Assembly: GCA_030390025.1 (NCBI GenBank)
Contig: CM059433.1
Span: 7,504,001 to 7,568,000 of the forward strand
DNA length: 64,000 bases
Source: Squalus acanthias
Lineage: Eukaryota
Reading direction: 5' to 3'
Part shown: positions 1 to 12,182 of the stretch, piece after piece
Layout: each line of letters opens with the position of its first letter
How positions within the stretch are numbered: position 1 is the first letter of the stretch
Translations under genes and position numbers: made by a program
The notes under the pieces: model-generated
The model's database searches: none
Told to the model about the DNA's origin: nothing
What the model saw: only the letters and a program-made list of their open reading frames with translations

Positions 1-314
1 AGCCTTCAGGCTTGTTTTCTAAATGCTCTTAGACCTATTAGAATTAGTATTTACTGTGGCCATGTTTGATTTAAACCGTTGTTTTCTCTGACTGCAACTT
101 TTGTTTTTCTCCATCCTATCTTTTGCTTTTATCCTTGTTTCCCTTTCCTCTGTCTCCCTGCTCAGGTTCCCAACCCCCTGCCATTTTAGTTTAAACCCTC
201 CCCCAGAGCACTAGCAAACACTCCCCCTAGGACATCGGTCCCGGCCCTGCCCAGGTGTAGACCGTCCGGTTTGTACTGGTCCCACCTCCCCCAGAACCGG
301 TTCCAATGCCCCAG
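1..314 (-). mobile_element. CR1 LINE fragment: 3' end of ORF1 (SGNH/GDSL esterase) and inter-ORF region
   Basis: Minus strand 314-186 reads LGHWNRFWGRWDQYKPDGLHLGRAGTDVLGGVFASALGEGLN*, which carries the DGLH motif of CR1 ORF1 esterases. Confidence 0.8.
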
Positions 315-1149
315 CTAGATGTCACTACAGCACCAATCTTTCCTTGTACTTCCCTGTGACTGGCTGGAGAAAATAACATAACATAGTCCTCTCATCCAGG
401 GCCCACCCGGTATTTTTATTGCCTTCCACCATTCTTTCTCCCCACTCCTGGTTCTCCCACCACTTCCACTACTACTGCCATCTGCCATCCCATTCAAATT
501 TGAGACCTGAGGCCACTATCTCCCCATTTCCAGTACCTGTCTGTCCTGTGGTTACCTAAGATCAGAATCAACTGCCCCAGTGCCTATTCCACTCCCTGCA
601 GATCCCTCCATCTGCCTGTTGAATTTTTGGACTTCAGGCAGCCTGCTTAACTCCCCAGCATTCATTCACAGGCCCTGGACCAACTCCCCATATTACCATT
701 CCTACTCGGGCTTCACCTACCCACCTTCGCCGTGAGCCGTTTCCCACCAAATCCCTAAAATCGTAACCCTCACCCCCAACCCCACCCCCTCCCAACTAGC
801 ACTAACTAAGCTGAGAAACCAAAAATTAAAGTGGTTATACTATACAAATATATGGTATTAACTCTTTAAATGCTTTTAAAAACTAAAAGCCTGCTCCTCA
901 GGTCAGTATTGTGAAACAGACTTTTAGTCTTTCAACTTACAACTTATATGCAGGTGCAAGCATGCAAAGAACGTAACAAAATTTGTCACGGGATCGGTGT
1001 GCGTGGTTACAAGGGAGAGTGTAAATGTGCACAGGATAATGAGACAACAAAAAGATAGAAGACAGTGTGAATCACGGATGCTGAGGGGCACCTCAAAAAA
1101 CTTTACACGTCACATAACGATGAGGGGAACAAGGAAGGACAGTAATAAC

Positions 1150-1300
1150 AACAGAAAACGCTGGAAAAACTCAGCAGGCCAGGCAGCATCCGTGGAGAGA
1201 GAAACAGAGTTAACGTTTCAGGTCGAAGACTTTTCATCAGAACTGGAAAAAAGCAGGAAATGGAATAGATTTTAAAGCAGGTTTAGGGGTGGGGAAATGG
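1150..1300 (-). mobile_element. Penelope-like element terminal fragment with minimal hammerhead motif (1208-1244)
   Basis: Dispersed repeat gctggaaa..ctcagcagg..aggcagcatc..gtggagagagaaacagagttaacgtttcagg. The minus strand reads AGTT CTGATGA A AAGTC TTC GACCT GAAACGTT AACT. Confidence 0.65.
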
Positions 1301-2289
1301 GGGAGGAGATGAAAGATGAAAGGAAGGACAGTATGCCTCAACAGGATGTACAATGTAAGCAAATGAATACAGTATTAACTCCAAGTCCCTTTAAAAAACA
1401 AAGACGGCCTGTTTCCCACCTCCAAACAGGTTATTACTTGTTTAAAGTTAGAACTTTCAGGTAAAGGGAAAATTATGGCTGCAATGCATAATCTGCGAGG
1501 TGAGAAACGCATAGGCGGTGACACAGGAGGGCATAGGTGGAAGCAGCAGAAAGGACAGTTGGAGTTGCGGGAGAAGTTGAAAGGACTGTACTGCACATGG
1601 GTATGTACAGGGCTTGGAGCTACCAATGAGGGTGTAGAGGAACCCCCACCTATTTCAGTCCTTGGCTATTGGACATCTTGCCCAATTTGCCCTGTCTTCC
1701 TATCCCTCCCTTACAATCAACCTAGAAACCAAGCACTTATTTTGTACAAATATGACAGAAGCACTTTAAGTGGTTTAAAAAGTAGAAACAGACAGCTATA
1801 AGTTTACGGTAGGAGGAAACAAGTATGAGGGAAGAGGAACCAACAAAGATGAGCATGCAAGTATTCATGATGGAGTCCATAATTATATTGCATCTCTCTC
1901 ATTTGACAGCAGCAATATCTAATCCAATTAATTTTATTATTTTTTTCACCAAGGTGGATGAAACTAAACTAGGGGTTTATATTCTAATTCACTAAAATGC
2001 CCCCGAGGGGGTGGGGGGTGGTTGGAGGCTGGAGACATTTATTCTGTCTGTTATGTGTGACAAAATGCTAATCTCTTTCTTTATAAAAGCATTCTACTTC
2101 TGAGCAAGATATGTTGATTTTATTTTGTGCACACTCAGCAACACAGAATTACTTCCTGAAATGGGTTTCCGGGAGGGACAATAGTTTATTTGATTTGTTT
2201 CCTGTGCAAAACCAATAAGGAAATCACTACTGAAGTCACATAATTATACTATTTCCGTTCAACTCTGATGAAATCCCTAAGTCACAACT

Positions 2290-2810
2290 CATAGAATGTT
2301 ACGTCATAGAAACAGAATATTCCTCTCAAGTCTGCACCAGTGTTTTTCTCCATTTGCTGCTCACTCCCCATAACCTTTAATATTCCTCTTTTTCCAAGCA
2401 ACTATCTAATTCCCTGATAAAGAATTTGCAGACTCTGCTTCAACAATGGGTTGTGTAAGAGAATGCCACATTCTAACCTCAGCTAATTCTTTTTGTGATT
2501 ATCTTCAGTTTGTGTCCTCTCATTTGTCTCACCAACCAGTAAAAAATATTTATTCTTTACCTTATAGCCTCTAAAAATCTTAAAGGCCATCAGGTCACCC
2601 TTCAACTTTCTCAGCGTTAGTGCAAAAAGCCCCAAACTTCAAGTCTCTTTATAAGTGCAATCCCTCTCCTTGGTAACATCATCGTGAATCTACAACACAT
2701 CTTTGCCATTGCTTTTATATTTGTTTCCGTCCTATAATGGGATGCCCAAAACTGTACTCGATACTCTGACCCCCCAAGGTCTTGTACAAGTTCAACATTA
2801 CCTTCTCGTG
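2290..2810 (-). mobile_element. Highly degraded CR1 3' fragment
   Basis: Eroded similarity to the CR1 3' ends elsewhere in the window (e.g. cccaaaactgtactcgatactc, the YCVQFW region). Confidence 0.5.
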
Positions 2811-4084
2811 ATTTAGTAATTTCCTTATCTGCAGTCCCAAATTATTGGTACCAGGAGCATTTTCCTCATCATGCATCATCTTATAAAATAACAAAGATCT
2901 TAAATGGTTTAATAAAAATTGACTTCTTTCTTTTTTGCTAACTTTCTCGGTAATGCTGTATGATCTTTACAAATACATACATTTAGAATCCTTGGATAAT
3001 TCTTTTGAGTCACGTCATATCCAGAACTGCATACATATTCACAAAACAAAGATTACAAGAAAATAAGCAACATTTCCTATTAGCAAAATTCCTATTAGTA
3101 CGTGTACAAACATGCAAAACTGCTAACCACAGCAAAGTCTGTTTTTAAAATTCTTCCTATGTCACAAATAACCCATTAATGATGGCATCCTTAAGCACTC
3201 TCCTATGTTTCTCTCAATGGTACTGCTGGTGAAAGCAGCCTGCAGAAAGGTTTCAACTAATTGAACAGTAGCCAGATTGACCTTAAAACAACTATACATA
3301 CTCAAATGTTCTGCATTATTGTTTTAAAATCACTGATGACAGTACCTTTCCCAAAGATTGTACAAGGTCTGTATAGGCAACTAAGAATGAAACCACTTTG
3401 ATACATTTTGGCAGCAACTGAAGCCGAGAACCACTAACTTAAGTAACATGCATTGTCTCCAATGGTAGAAAAATGCTACATTTATGTCAGGGACTTGCAA
3501 AAGTGTAATTGACAGCAAACATCTAATACAAATGATGTATAAGATCAAAATTCAACACACTAAGACTGGGGTGGGGGGAAGAGAGAGGGATTAAATGTGC
3601 TAAGTCACATTAGGAAAGAAAAAAAGAGGAACTGCTGAATATCACAAGTTAAAAAAAACTTAAGAAATTCTTAGTACACCCGAGTATAGTGAGCAAACAT
3701 TTACATCATTTACAACAATGTGGTCACAAAAACTTTGGTAAAATGTAATGATGGGCATTGCCTGATGTTGGACATCACCACATGGTTTTATATACCAGTC
3801 CTTTTTAAAAATGGGGACTTTGTATTTTGCCTAATTTTGTTCGCAAATTGCATCAAATACCTGAAATCCATGAGAAATCCGTAGTACAATAATTTACCAC
3901 TAGTATAATTCATTTGGTCATTCCTGGGGTAAAACCAAACAAATAATCTACTGTGTTTGCTATTGCTCTGAAAATCATAAGTTAAAAAAAAGTTTAAAAA
4001 AATACCAGAACTTAATCCCTGGTAAAAATCATTGTCTAGTTGATAGATCAATCTACCTATCAAAATTAAGAAGAGCTCATCAAG

Positions 4085-4330
4085 TTTATCCAGTGAGTAG
4101 CAGAGTCATACTGAACAGGAAAGTCCGAGGTTCAAACTGTGGCTGTGCTATGTTAGCAAATCTCAGTTGGGCTGCATTAGAAACACTACAATTTTAACGC
4201 TTTGCCCCCATTTAAAAAGAGGAAAAACATTCACGGTTCCTTCTCTTGATTCAGCAACCCCTGCTAATGTATGCATGTGTGGGCATCAGGTAAGGACACA
4301 AATGAGTTTATCGTGACATCCTCTCTTCTT
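4085..4330 (+). mobile_element. Old tRNA-derived SINE, interrupted by the CR1 at 4347
   Basis: B-box-like GGTTCAAACTG. Related degraded copies lie on the minus strand at about 19240-19420 and 25090-25360. Confidence 0.45.
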
Positions 4331-4346
4331 CACCCAACAACCCATG

Positions 4347-5858
4347 TTGCACCTATTCTAACACGTATATTCAGAACCTCTCTGGCCACAGGGGATGTGC
4401 CAGAGGACTGGAGAACCGCTAATGTAGTACCATTATTCAAGAAAGGGAGTAGGGAAAAACCGGGGAACTTCAGGCCAGTGAGCCTAACATCAGTGGTAGG
4501 AAAATTATTGGAAAAAATTCTGAGGGACAAAATTAGTCTCCACTTGGAGAGGCAAGGATTAATCATGGTTAGCCAACATGGCTTTGTCAAGGGAAGATCA
4601 TGTCTGACTAATTTGATTGAATTTTTTGAGGGGGTGACTAGGTGTGTGGATGAGGGTAACGCAGTGGATGTGGTATACATGGATTTCAGTAAGGCCTTCG
4701 ATAAAGTCCCGCACAGGAGACTGGTCAAGAAGGTAAGAGCCCATGGAATCCAGGGTGCCTTGGCACATTGGATACAAAACTGGCTCAGTGGCAGAAGGCA
4801 GAGGGTGATGGTCGAAGGTTGTTTTTGTGACTGGAAGCCTGTGGCCAGTGGGGTACCACAGGGATCGGTGCTGGGTCCCTTGCTGTTTGTGGTCTACATT
4901 AACGACTTGGATATGAATGTAAAAGGTATGATCAGTAAGTTCGCGGATGATACAAAAATTTGTAGGGTGGTAAATAGCGAGGAGGGTAGCCTCAGTCTGC
5001 AGGACGATATAGATGGGTTGGTCAGATGGGCGGAACAGTGGCAAATGGAATTTAATCCGGAAAAATGTGAGGTGATGCACTTTGGAGGGACTAACAAGGC
5101 AAGGGAATACACAATGAATGGTAAGACCCTAGGCAAGACGGAGGGTCAGAGGGATCTTGGTGTGCAAGTACACAGATCCCTGAAGGCGGCGGAACAGGTG
5201 GATAAGGTGGTAAAAAAGGCATATGGGATACTTGCATTCATTAGCCGAGGCATAGAATATAAGAGCAAGGAGGTTATGATGGAGCTGTATAAAACACAGG
5301 TTAGGCCACATCTGGAATACTGTGTGCAGTTCTGGTCGCCACACTACAGGAAGGATGTGATCGCTTTGGAGAGGGTGCAGAGGAGATTCACCAGAATGTT
5401 ACCCGGGCTGGAGTGCTTCAGCTATGAAGAGAGACTGGGCAGATTGGGTTTGTTTTCCTTGGAGCAGAGGAGGCTGAGGGGGGACATGATTGAGGTGTAC
5501 AAAATTATGAGGGGCATAGATAGGATGGATACTAAGGAGCTTTTTCCCTTAGTAGAGGGGTCTATAACAAGGGGGCATAGATTCAAGGTAAAGGGCGGGA
5601 GGTTTAGAAGGGATTTGAGAAAGAACTTTTTCACCCAGAGGGTGGTTGGAGTCTGGAACTCGCTGCCTGAATGGGTTGTGGAGGCAGGAACCCTCAACAT
5701 TCAAGAAGCATTTGGATGAGCTCTTGAAATGCCATAGCATACAAGGCTACGGACCAAATGCTGGAATATGGGATTAGATTAGACAGGGCTTGATGGCCGG
5801 CGCGGACACGATGGGCCGAAGGGCCTCTATCCGTGCTGTACAACTCTATGACTCTATT
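4347..5858 (+). mobile_element. CR1 LINE, 5'-truncated, with an uninterrupted reverse transcriptase domain
   Basis: ORF 4271-5719 contains [39 protein letters not shown] and YCVQFWSP. A frameshift lies near the C-terminus, and the 3' tail is ctctatga x2. Confidence 0.97.
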
Positions 5859-6013
5859 CATACTCACAGTCGAGGCTTAGATATCAATAACGTATACTTC
5901 GTCAAGGTACCGGAGGGTACTGCATCCACACACCAGCAACACGAGAGAGAAGACAGCAGAGGAGAAAATTGTCAAAAAAAACTGATCATGTTTTTGGGAA
6001 AAAGACATTTAAT

Positions 6014-6738
6014 GGCCCAGAAATTGATCTCGCTCTGTTCCCGCGGGGGTAAGCCTTCCCCGCGATCTCTCACTCCGCCTGTGCTTTTTCAGATCCAGCT
6101 CGCACGAACTTGATGTTCCAGACATCAGCTGGGCAGTGCTTGCGTATCCCACCGGCGTAGTGAATTCGTGCGAGCTGTGGGATCACGTGACTCAGTTAGA
6201 GCCAATGGCAGCACACCATCTTCCATTCATAAGTTTCACATACGTGCTATGAAATCTATGAATCTTACACCCCCCCAAAATAACAGCTAAACCTCAATTA
6301 AATAAAAAAAAACATCACATTAATAAAATAAGTATAGTTAAATAAATTAACCATTTTAAATAAAAAATTTAATTTTTGAAAAAATTTAAAATCTTTTAAA
6401 AAGTTATAAAAATAAACTTACCTGTCTTTAAAGTCTCTAAAAAAGATATACCTGTTAAAAAAATTCAAAAAAATACTTAATTCACTACTTACCTTGTTAA
6501 AAGTGGGTCTTACTCCTCCTTTTTCCATTTCTAAAATCTTCCGTACTTACCTGCGCGTCCAAAGCATGAAGTGCACAGCGTGCGCGCACGCGATGCACCG
6601 AGGAACCGCCCCCTTTTCAAAAGACCAAGTGCCGGTTTTCAGCGCATGCGCAGGACATGCAGAAAACCGGCAATTGGAGAGAGAATACGCGAGAGTACAC
6701 AGTGCGTACTCTCGCGTCGCGGGATGAATTTTTGGCCC
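6014..6738. mobile_element. PIF/Harbinger-like MITE, about 725 bp
   Basis: Imperfect terminal inverted repeats GGCCCAGAAATTGATC / GATGAATTTTTGGCCC, TAA/TTA-like flanks, CpG-rich subterminal arms and an AT-rich core. Confidence 0.7.
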
Positions 6739-6989
6739 ATTATGTCCCACAGATTTCAGATACCAGCTCTATTTTGATTATGCTTTTATAACAATGTAGT
6801 CTTGTGTCCTCAACAGTTGTGATATTTTGTGATCCCTACATTACCACATGCCCACTATTATTTCCATTTGCTTCATTCACCATTTGCAACATCTATCCAC
6901 ATCGGAAATATTCAAGCTATTCTGTCAAAAACGCCCGCTACTCCAGGATCATCCTGTAAAGCAAAGATAACTCTCGGCTTCTTTTCTTT

Positions 6990-7310
6990 TTTTAAACAGC
7001 ATACAGGATCCTTGGCTTTATAAACAGAGGCATAGAGTACAAAAGCAAGGAAGTGGGGGACACCACTGTATACTTCCCCTCCAGTCTGAAAATAACCATT
7101 CACCACTACTGTTTTCTGTCTCAGCCAATTTTGTATCCACGCTGCCACTACCCCTTTAATCCCATGGGCTTCAATTCTGCTAACAAATCTATTATGTGGT
7201 ACTTTATCAAACGCCTTTTGAAATTTCATATACACACCAACCCTCTCCGTTACTTCAAAGAACTCAATCAAGTTAGTCAAACAAGATATTCCTTTAACAA
7301 AGGCTGTTAA
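6990..7310. mobile_element. CR1 fragments in opposite orientation (short plus piece joined to a minus RT piece)
   Basis: Plus strand: NRGIEYKSKEV region. Minus ORF 6912-7280: TNLIEFFE..FQKAFDKVPH..SGVP. Confidence 0.85.
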
Positions 7311-7639
7311 TTTATTAATCTTGTTTGTCAGAGATTGAGGCCATTCATTCAGCAGCCACTGCTGCTTTCCTCTCCCATCCCCACCAAGAAAATCTTCCCC
7401 CGAGGCTCCCCCGCCCCAGGCTTGAACCCCTCATCTCTAGTCTCTCTCCCACTCACCCCACCCACAAACCACCCTCCCCCCACCCACAAACACCAACCCC
7501 CCCCACATGCCCTCTCCCCACACCCACAAAACCCCCCCAATGCTCTCTCCAAGTTCATCTCGTCCAGGAGAATCAACCACAACCTCACTTCCACTAAATT
7601 GTTTACAACCCGACTTACCTCCTGGCTCCCATGCTAGCT

Positions 7640-8000
7640 GACATTGTAAATGTCCCTCTCTTCAAAACCAGTCATCACCCCCTCTGCAAACTACTACTCC
7701 ATCTCCAACGACCCTTTCCTCTCCAATGTCCTTTAGCATGTTGACATCTTCCAAATCTATGCCCATCTTCCCCGCAACTCCATGTTTAAATCTCCCCCAT
7801 CAGGTTTTTGCCTCTGCCAAAACCCAAATGGCCCTAACCAAATCACAAATGATGCTCATTACAGTCACACGTTTGTGACTGTAACCATGGTGCATTATGC
7901 CTCCTAACCTTCTCTATAACCTTTGGCATGGTCGACCATACCATCCTCCTCTGTTGTCCAGCTCAGTAGGAGTGCCCTTGATTGGTTCCAATCCTGTCCA
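7640..8000 (+). mobile_element. Degraded L2-type LINE RT fragment
   Basis: Sequence parallels the L2 copy at 26050-26742 (ccatctccaac..cctttcctctcc, tgtgactgt..ccatggtgcatt, gtcgacca..ccatcctcc). Confidence 0.6.
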
Positions 8001-8242
8001 TCATCCACGCAATGAAATCCCTGCCGACATAAAACAGGACACTGGAGGCTCAACTAGAACTATCACAGGCAAAGGCCACCAGTGGCTAAGCTGTTGATTC
8101 TGGTCAGAAGAAAGCCACAGACAACTAGGAAAAGTGCCCAAAATACCATGCATGTCCATCAAGAGACAGGAACACAGATCACAAAGCAGAGAACAAAATG
8201 CATCCAAAGATCGTGCCTCAGTAGCAAAGGGCCACACCTTTC

Positions 8243-8848
8243 AGAGTATAAGAGCTGTGAGGTTATGCATGAACTGTATAAAACACTAGTTAGGCCACAA
8301 CTAGAGTACTGTGTACAGTTCTGGTCACCACATTACAGGAAAGATGTGATTGCACTAGAGAGGACACAGGGGAGATTTACAAGGATGTTGCCAGGACTGG
8401 AGAATTTTAGCTACGAGGAAAGACTGGATAGGCTGGGGTTGTTTTCTTTGGAACAGAGGAGGCCAAGGGGAGACTTAATTGAGGTGTATAAAATTATGAG
8501 GGGCCTAGATAGAGTGGATAGGAAGGACCTATTTCCCTTGGCAGAGAGATCAATAACGAGGGGACATAGATTACAAGTAATTAGTAGAAGGATTAGAGGG
8601 GAGTTGAAGAGAACTTTTTTCACCCAGTGAGTGGTGCAGGGGTCTGGAACTCACTGCCTGGGTGGTAGAGGCAGAAACCCTCAACACATTTAAAGAATAC
8701 TTGGATATGCACTTGAAGTGCCATAACCTACAAGAGTACAGACCAAGAGCTGGAAAGTGGGATTAGGCTGGATAGCTCTTTTTCGGCCGGCACAGACACA
8801 GTGAGCTGAATTGGCCTCCTTCTGTGCCGTAAATTTCTACAATTCTAT
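8243..8848 (+). mobile_element. CR1 LINE 3' fragment
   Basis: EYKSCEVMHELYKTLVRPQLEYCVQFWSPHY..., followed by the CR1 3' UTR and tail. Confidence 0.93.
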
Positions 8849-9424
8849 CTTAACTGCACAGTGCTTGTGGGAGGAATGCATTAAAACATCCAAATATGTT
8901 GGCACCACTATGGTTGCAATGGGATCAGTGCAGGGCAAAGGGTTCAAGCAGCTTGTCTCTCTTGGTTTCGGAGGGTTAGTTAGGGCTAGGAATGAAGGGA
9001 AGAGAAGGCTCTGCACACTAATATCAGTTGGAGTTGTTGTCCTGCATGGCCGGTGGGTGGGTTGGGTTGTTGGGGGCAGTTTGATTTGAGCGAGTCTCCA
9101 AGAACGTGCCTTCGACTGCTTAGTATTTCCCCAGTTGCAGGTGGAAGCCAACATCACTTGATTCAATTGGCATATGTCCCAAAAGTGGTTCAACCACATG
9201 CTTGTTGCGGGGAGAACTACAGTTCATAACAGAGGGGGACAATTCTCCCTCTAATTTTTATTTGCACTCGGCGGGCGACAAACTCCTCTGAGCGTGACTT
9301 TTTTGTCCATGGGCAGTTGTTAACAACAACAAAACAAAAACAAACAAACAAACAAAAACGTCCTACCCAACAACAGCAGCAACAGAAAATTCAGATCTTT
9401 CATTATTTTTGTTCATTGCGCAAA

Positions 9425-9667
9425 TCTGACCTCGGGTGACTGTCTGTGTGGAGTTTGCACATTCTCCCCGTGTCTGCGTGGGTTTCCTCCGGGTGCTCCA
9501 GTTTCCTCCCACAATCCAAAGATGTGCGGGTTAGGTTGATTTGGCTATGATAAATTGACCCTTAAGTGTTAGGGGGGATTAAATACATGGGGTTAGGGTG
9601 GGATATGTGTCGGTGCAGGCTCGATGGGCCGAAATGGCCTCTATCTGCACTGTGGGGATTCTGTGAA
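9425..9667 (+). mobile_element. HE1-like V-domain SINE, 5'-truncated
   Basis: V-domain core gtgtggagtttgcacattctccccgtgtctgcgtgggtttcctccgggtgctcc..ccaaagatgtgc with a CR1-derived tail (gatgggccgaa..ggcct). Confidence 0.85.
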
Positions 9668-9774
9668 ATACTTTTTGGAGTCTTAAGAGTTAATGTCTTG
9701 ATATCTTCACTTTATCTCTTTCTCCTGACTCCCCTTTTCACATCAAGCAATCACAAGCCAGGTTCTAACATCTT

Positions 9775-10262
9775 GAGGCCTTGGAGAGTGTGCAGAGGAG
9801 ATTTACGAGAATGGTACCAGGGATGAGGGACTTCAGTTATCTGGAGAGATTAAAGAAGCTGGGGTTGTTCTCCTTAGAACAAAGAAGGTTAGAGGAGATT
9901 TAATAGAGGTGTTCAAAACTTTGAGGGGTTTTGACAGAGTAAATAAGGAGAAACTGTTTCCACTGGCAGGAGGGTCGATAACCAGAGGAGACAGATATAA
10001 GGTGATTGGCAAAAGAACCAGAGGCGAGATGAGGAGAATTAATTTTCTTTTTACGCAGCAAGTTCTGGAATGCACTGCCTGAAAGGGCGGTGGAAGCAGA
10101 TTCAATAATAAAAGGGAATTGGGTAAATATTTGAAAAGGAACAATTTGCAGGGTTATGCCGAAAGAGCAGGGGAGTGGGACTAATTGGATAGTTCTACCA
10201 AAGAGCCGGCACAAGCACGATGGGCCGAATGGCCTCCTTCTGTGCTGTACGATTCTATCTCA
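9775..10262 (+). mobile_element. CR1 LINE 3' fragment
   Basis: Degraded LERVQRRFTRM.. region plus CR1 3' UTR and tail. Confidence 0.88.
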
Positions 10263-10929
10263 TATCTTTTATCAAGCGCAAAGGCAGGTTCGGGTATAGT
10301 GGGGGTTCCAGGCCCAGGATGCTGGGCAGGGGGACTTGGAGGAGAACTTTTTAAAAATGGCATTAAGGCAAATTATTACAATTTAATTTTCTTACTTATG
10401 TTTTTATTATTGTCTAAATCCCACTCAAACTTGCACAATAAGTGAAAAGAAAGTTTTAACACCAGACTTATATCATACAAACTTAAATGGGATGTACATC
10501 ATAAAAAGAATATTTTATCCAACATTCTTTAACCGTATAAATTTTGATTTAGCACTTGCTTTGCTTTTATCTTGTTTTTGGCTGTTTTTATTTTATTTTT
10601 GATTTTTTTTTCATTTTCAACAGGTTTATTTTGTCTTTTGATGAATTTTCTCTCATTTCCAATTGATTTTACTTTGCTTTTCTAAATTTCGTTTGGTTTA
10701 TTTTGTATAACTTTTTTTGTTGGGGTGGAAGGGAGTTAATTGCATTGAAGTCCCATTGAAACATGTCACCAATTCTAGACCTGGTTATAACAGTCCAACT
10801 TGATTATTGCATCCACTCTGAACTATGTATTCGCATCCAGTGCCAATCAGACTCAAGAGCAGGGGTGGGCAATTATTTGGGCTGGAGGGCCACTTAACAA
10901 GTTTTGATCAGCTGTTGAGGGCAGCACAC

Positions 10930-11044
10930 CAATGTTCCCCCAAAGGTGCGCGGCCGCACACCACTCGCAAGGGCCTGCGCAGGCTGCTCACCAACTCCTG
11001 CTGCTGGAAGAGATACTGCGCATGCAAATTTAAAGGGAAATGTT
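10930..11044. mobile_element. Small degraded DNA-transposon MITE with CAATGTTCCC-type ends
   Basis: Starts caatgttccc and ends taaagggaaatgtt. An adjacent hAT/Charlie-like end, caggggtgggcaa, begins at 10860. Confidence 0.45.
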
Positions 11045-11964
11045 AACATGGACATCCATGAACATAATGTTAAAGAAGTGACATAGATACTGAGTAAAAT
11101 GGATTACATCGTTTGGAAGGAAGTGCAGCATACTGAAGAGCAGAAGATCTGAATTAATATTGACCATTGATATTGGTCGATTTATTTCTACGCCTTAGAA
11201 TTGAGGAGAACCTGGTTCATTAGTTGTAGAACAAGCTGTTTAATCGCTGTTTTAAGAGAAAAGAGCTAACTACCCTGAAAACAAAACGCAGTTCTTCAGT
11301 TAGCATCCCGTCGCACAAGATTCCCCAAGAAAATATCATGAAACAAAATCGGTCCTCCTTCCTTCTGAATGTCAGTCCAGCTTTCCTAGTGCTTGTTTAT
11401 TGAGCGGTCACACAGATCTAAATGTATCGACTGGTTTCAAGGCACAAATGAACATTGGTGCAAATGCAACATACGCACCACCGGGAGAAGCAGAGCGAAG
11501 TTTAAAGTGTAAGGACATGAAAGTGAAATTTAGAGTAGGCAAGGCCGCAGAAATGTGCTAATGAAATGGAAGTACAAAGTAAAGGAGTTCAATTAATTGT
11601 GGAAGGAAGAAAAAGCTGGGAGAAGAGGCGGGTTTGAATGTTGGAGCTTCAAGCACAGGCTTGAGAGCGCGCTGGGATTTTGAATGAGTAAATAGGTTTT
11701 CGCCATCAACAAAATCTATTTTTTCATGTAGTAAAGATTGATTTCTTTCTACCTTCTATTAGCATGTGTTGCAGAGGGTAAAATAAATAAAGCGACGCCG
11801 TGAATCATATTCTAACTGCAATTGCTGCGATAACAACGCAGATTACTCATCACCATACGGCGCCGCACATCAGCTGTGGCAGTCCTGCCCTGAACACAGC
11901 CATGCCTTGCACTGTACTAATTAATGCTTTTAGTGAAGAGACGAAAATAATAAGTGCCACAATC

Positions 11965-12038
11965 GGGCAGCGGTGGGATACGAACTCTTGCCCCTGAAGA
12001 GACTGGAGCCTTAATCCAGCGTCTTATACCGCTCAGTC
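11965..12038 (-). pseudogene. tRNA-Leu(AAG) pseudogene lacking the 5' acceptor strand
   Basis: Minus strand CTGAGCGGTATAAGACGCTGGATTAAGGCTCCAGTCTCTTCAGGGGCAAGAGTTCGTATCCCACCGCTGCC matches vertebrate tRNA-Leu with anticodon AAG and a long variable arm. It has several substitutions and the 5' GGTAGCG is missing. Confidence 0.88.
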
Positions 12039-12182
12039 TTAATTTTTACGTAAAATTGCGTAAATTATTCATTGTTGCGTAACATTGTACAGAAATAAAA
12101 ACAGAGAACATTGTGGGCTGTTGGCATATCTAGGGCTTTGGTGCAAGAACACCAAAGGATGGTTTATTTATACCAGACAAAA

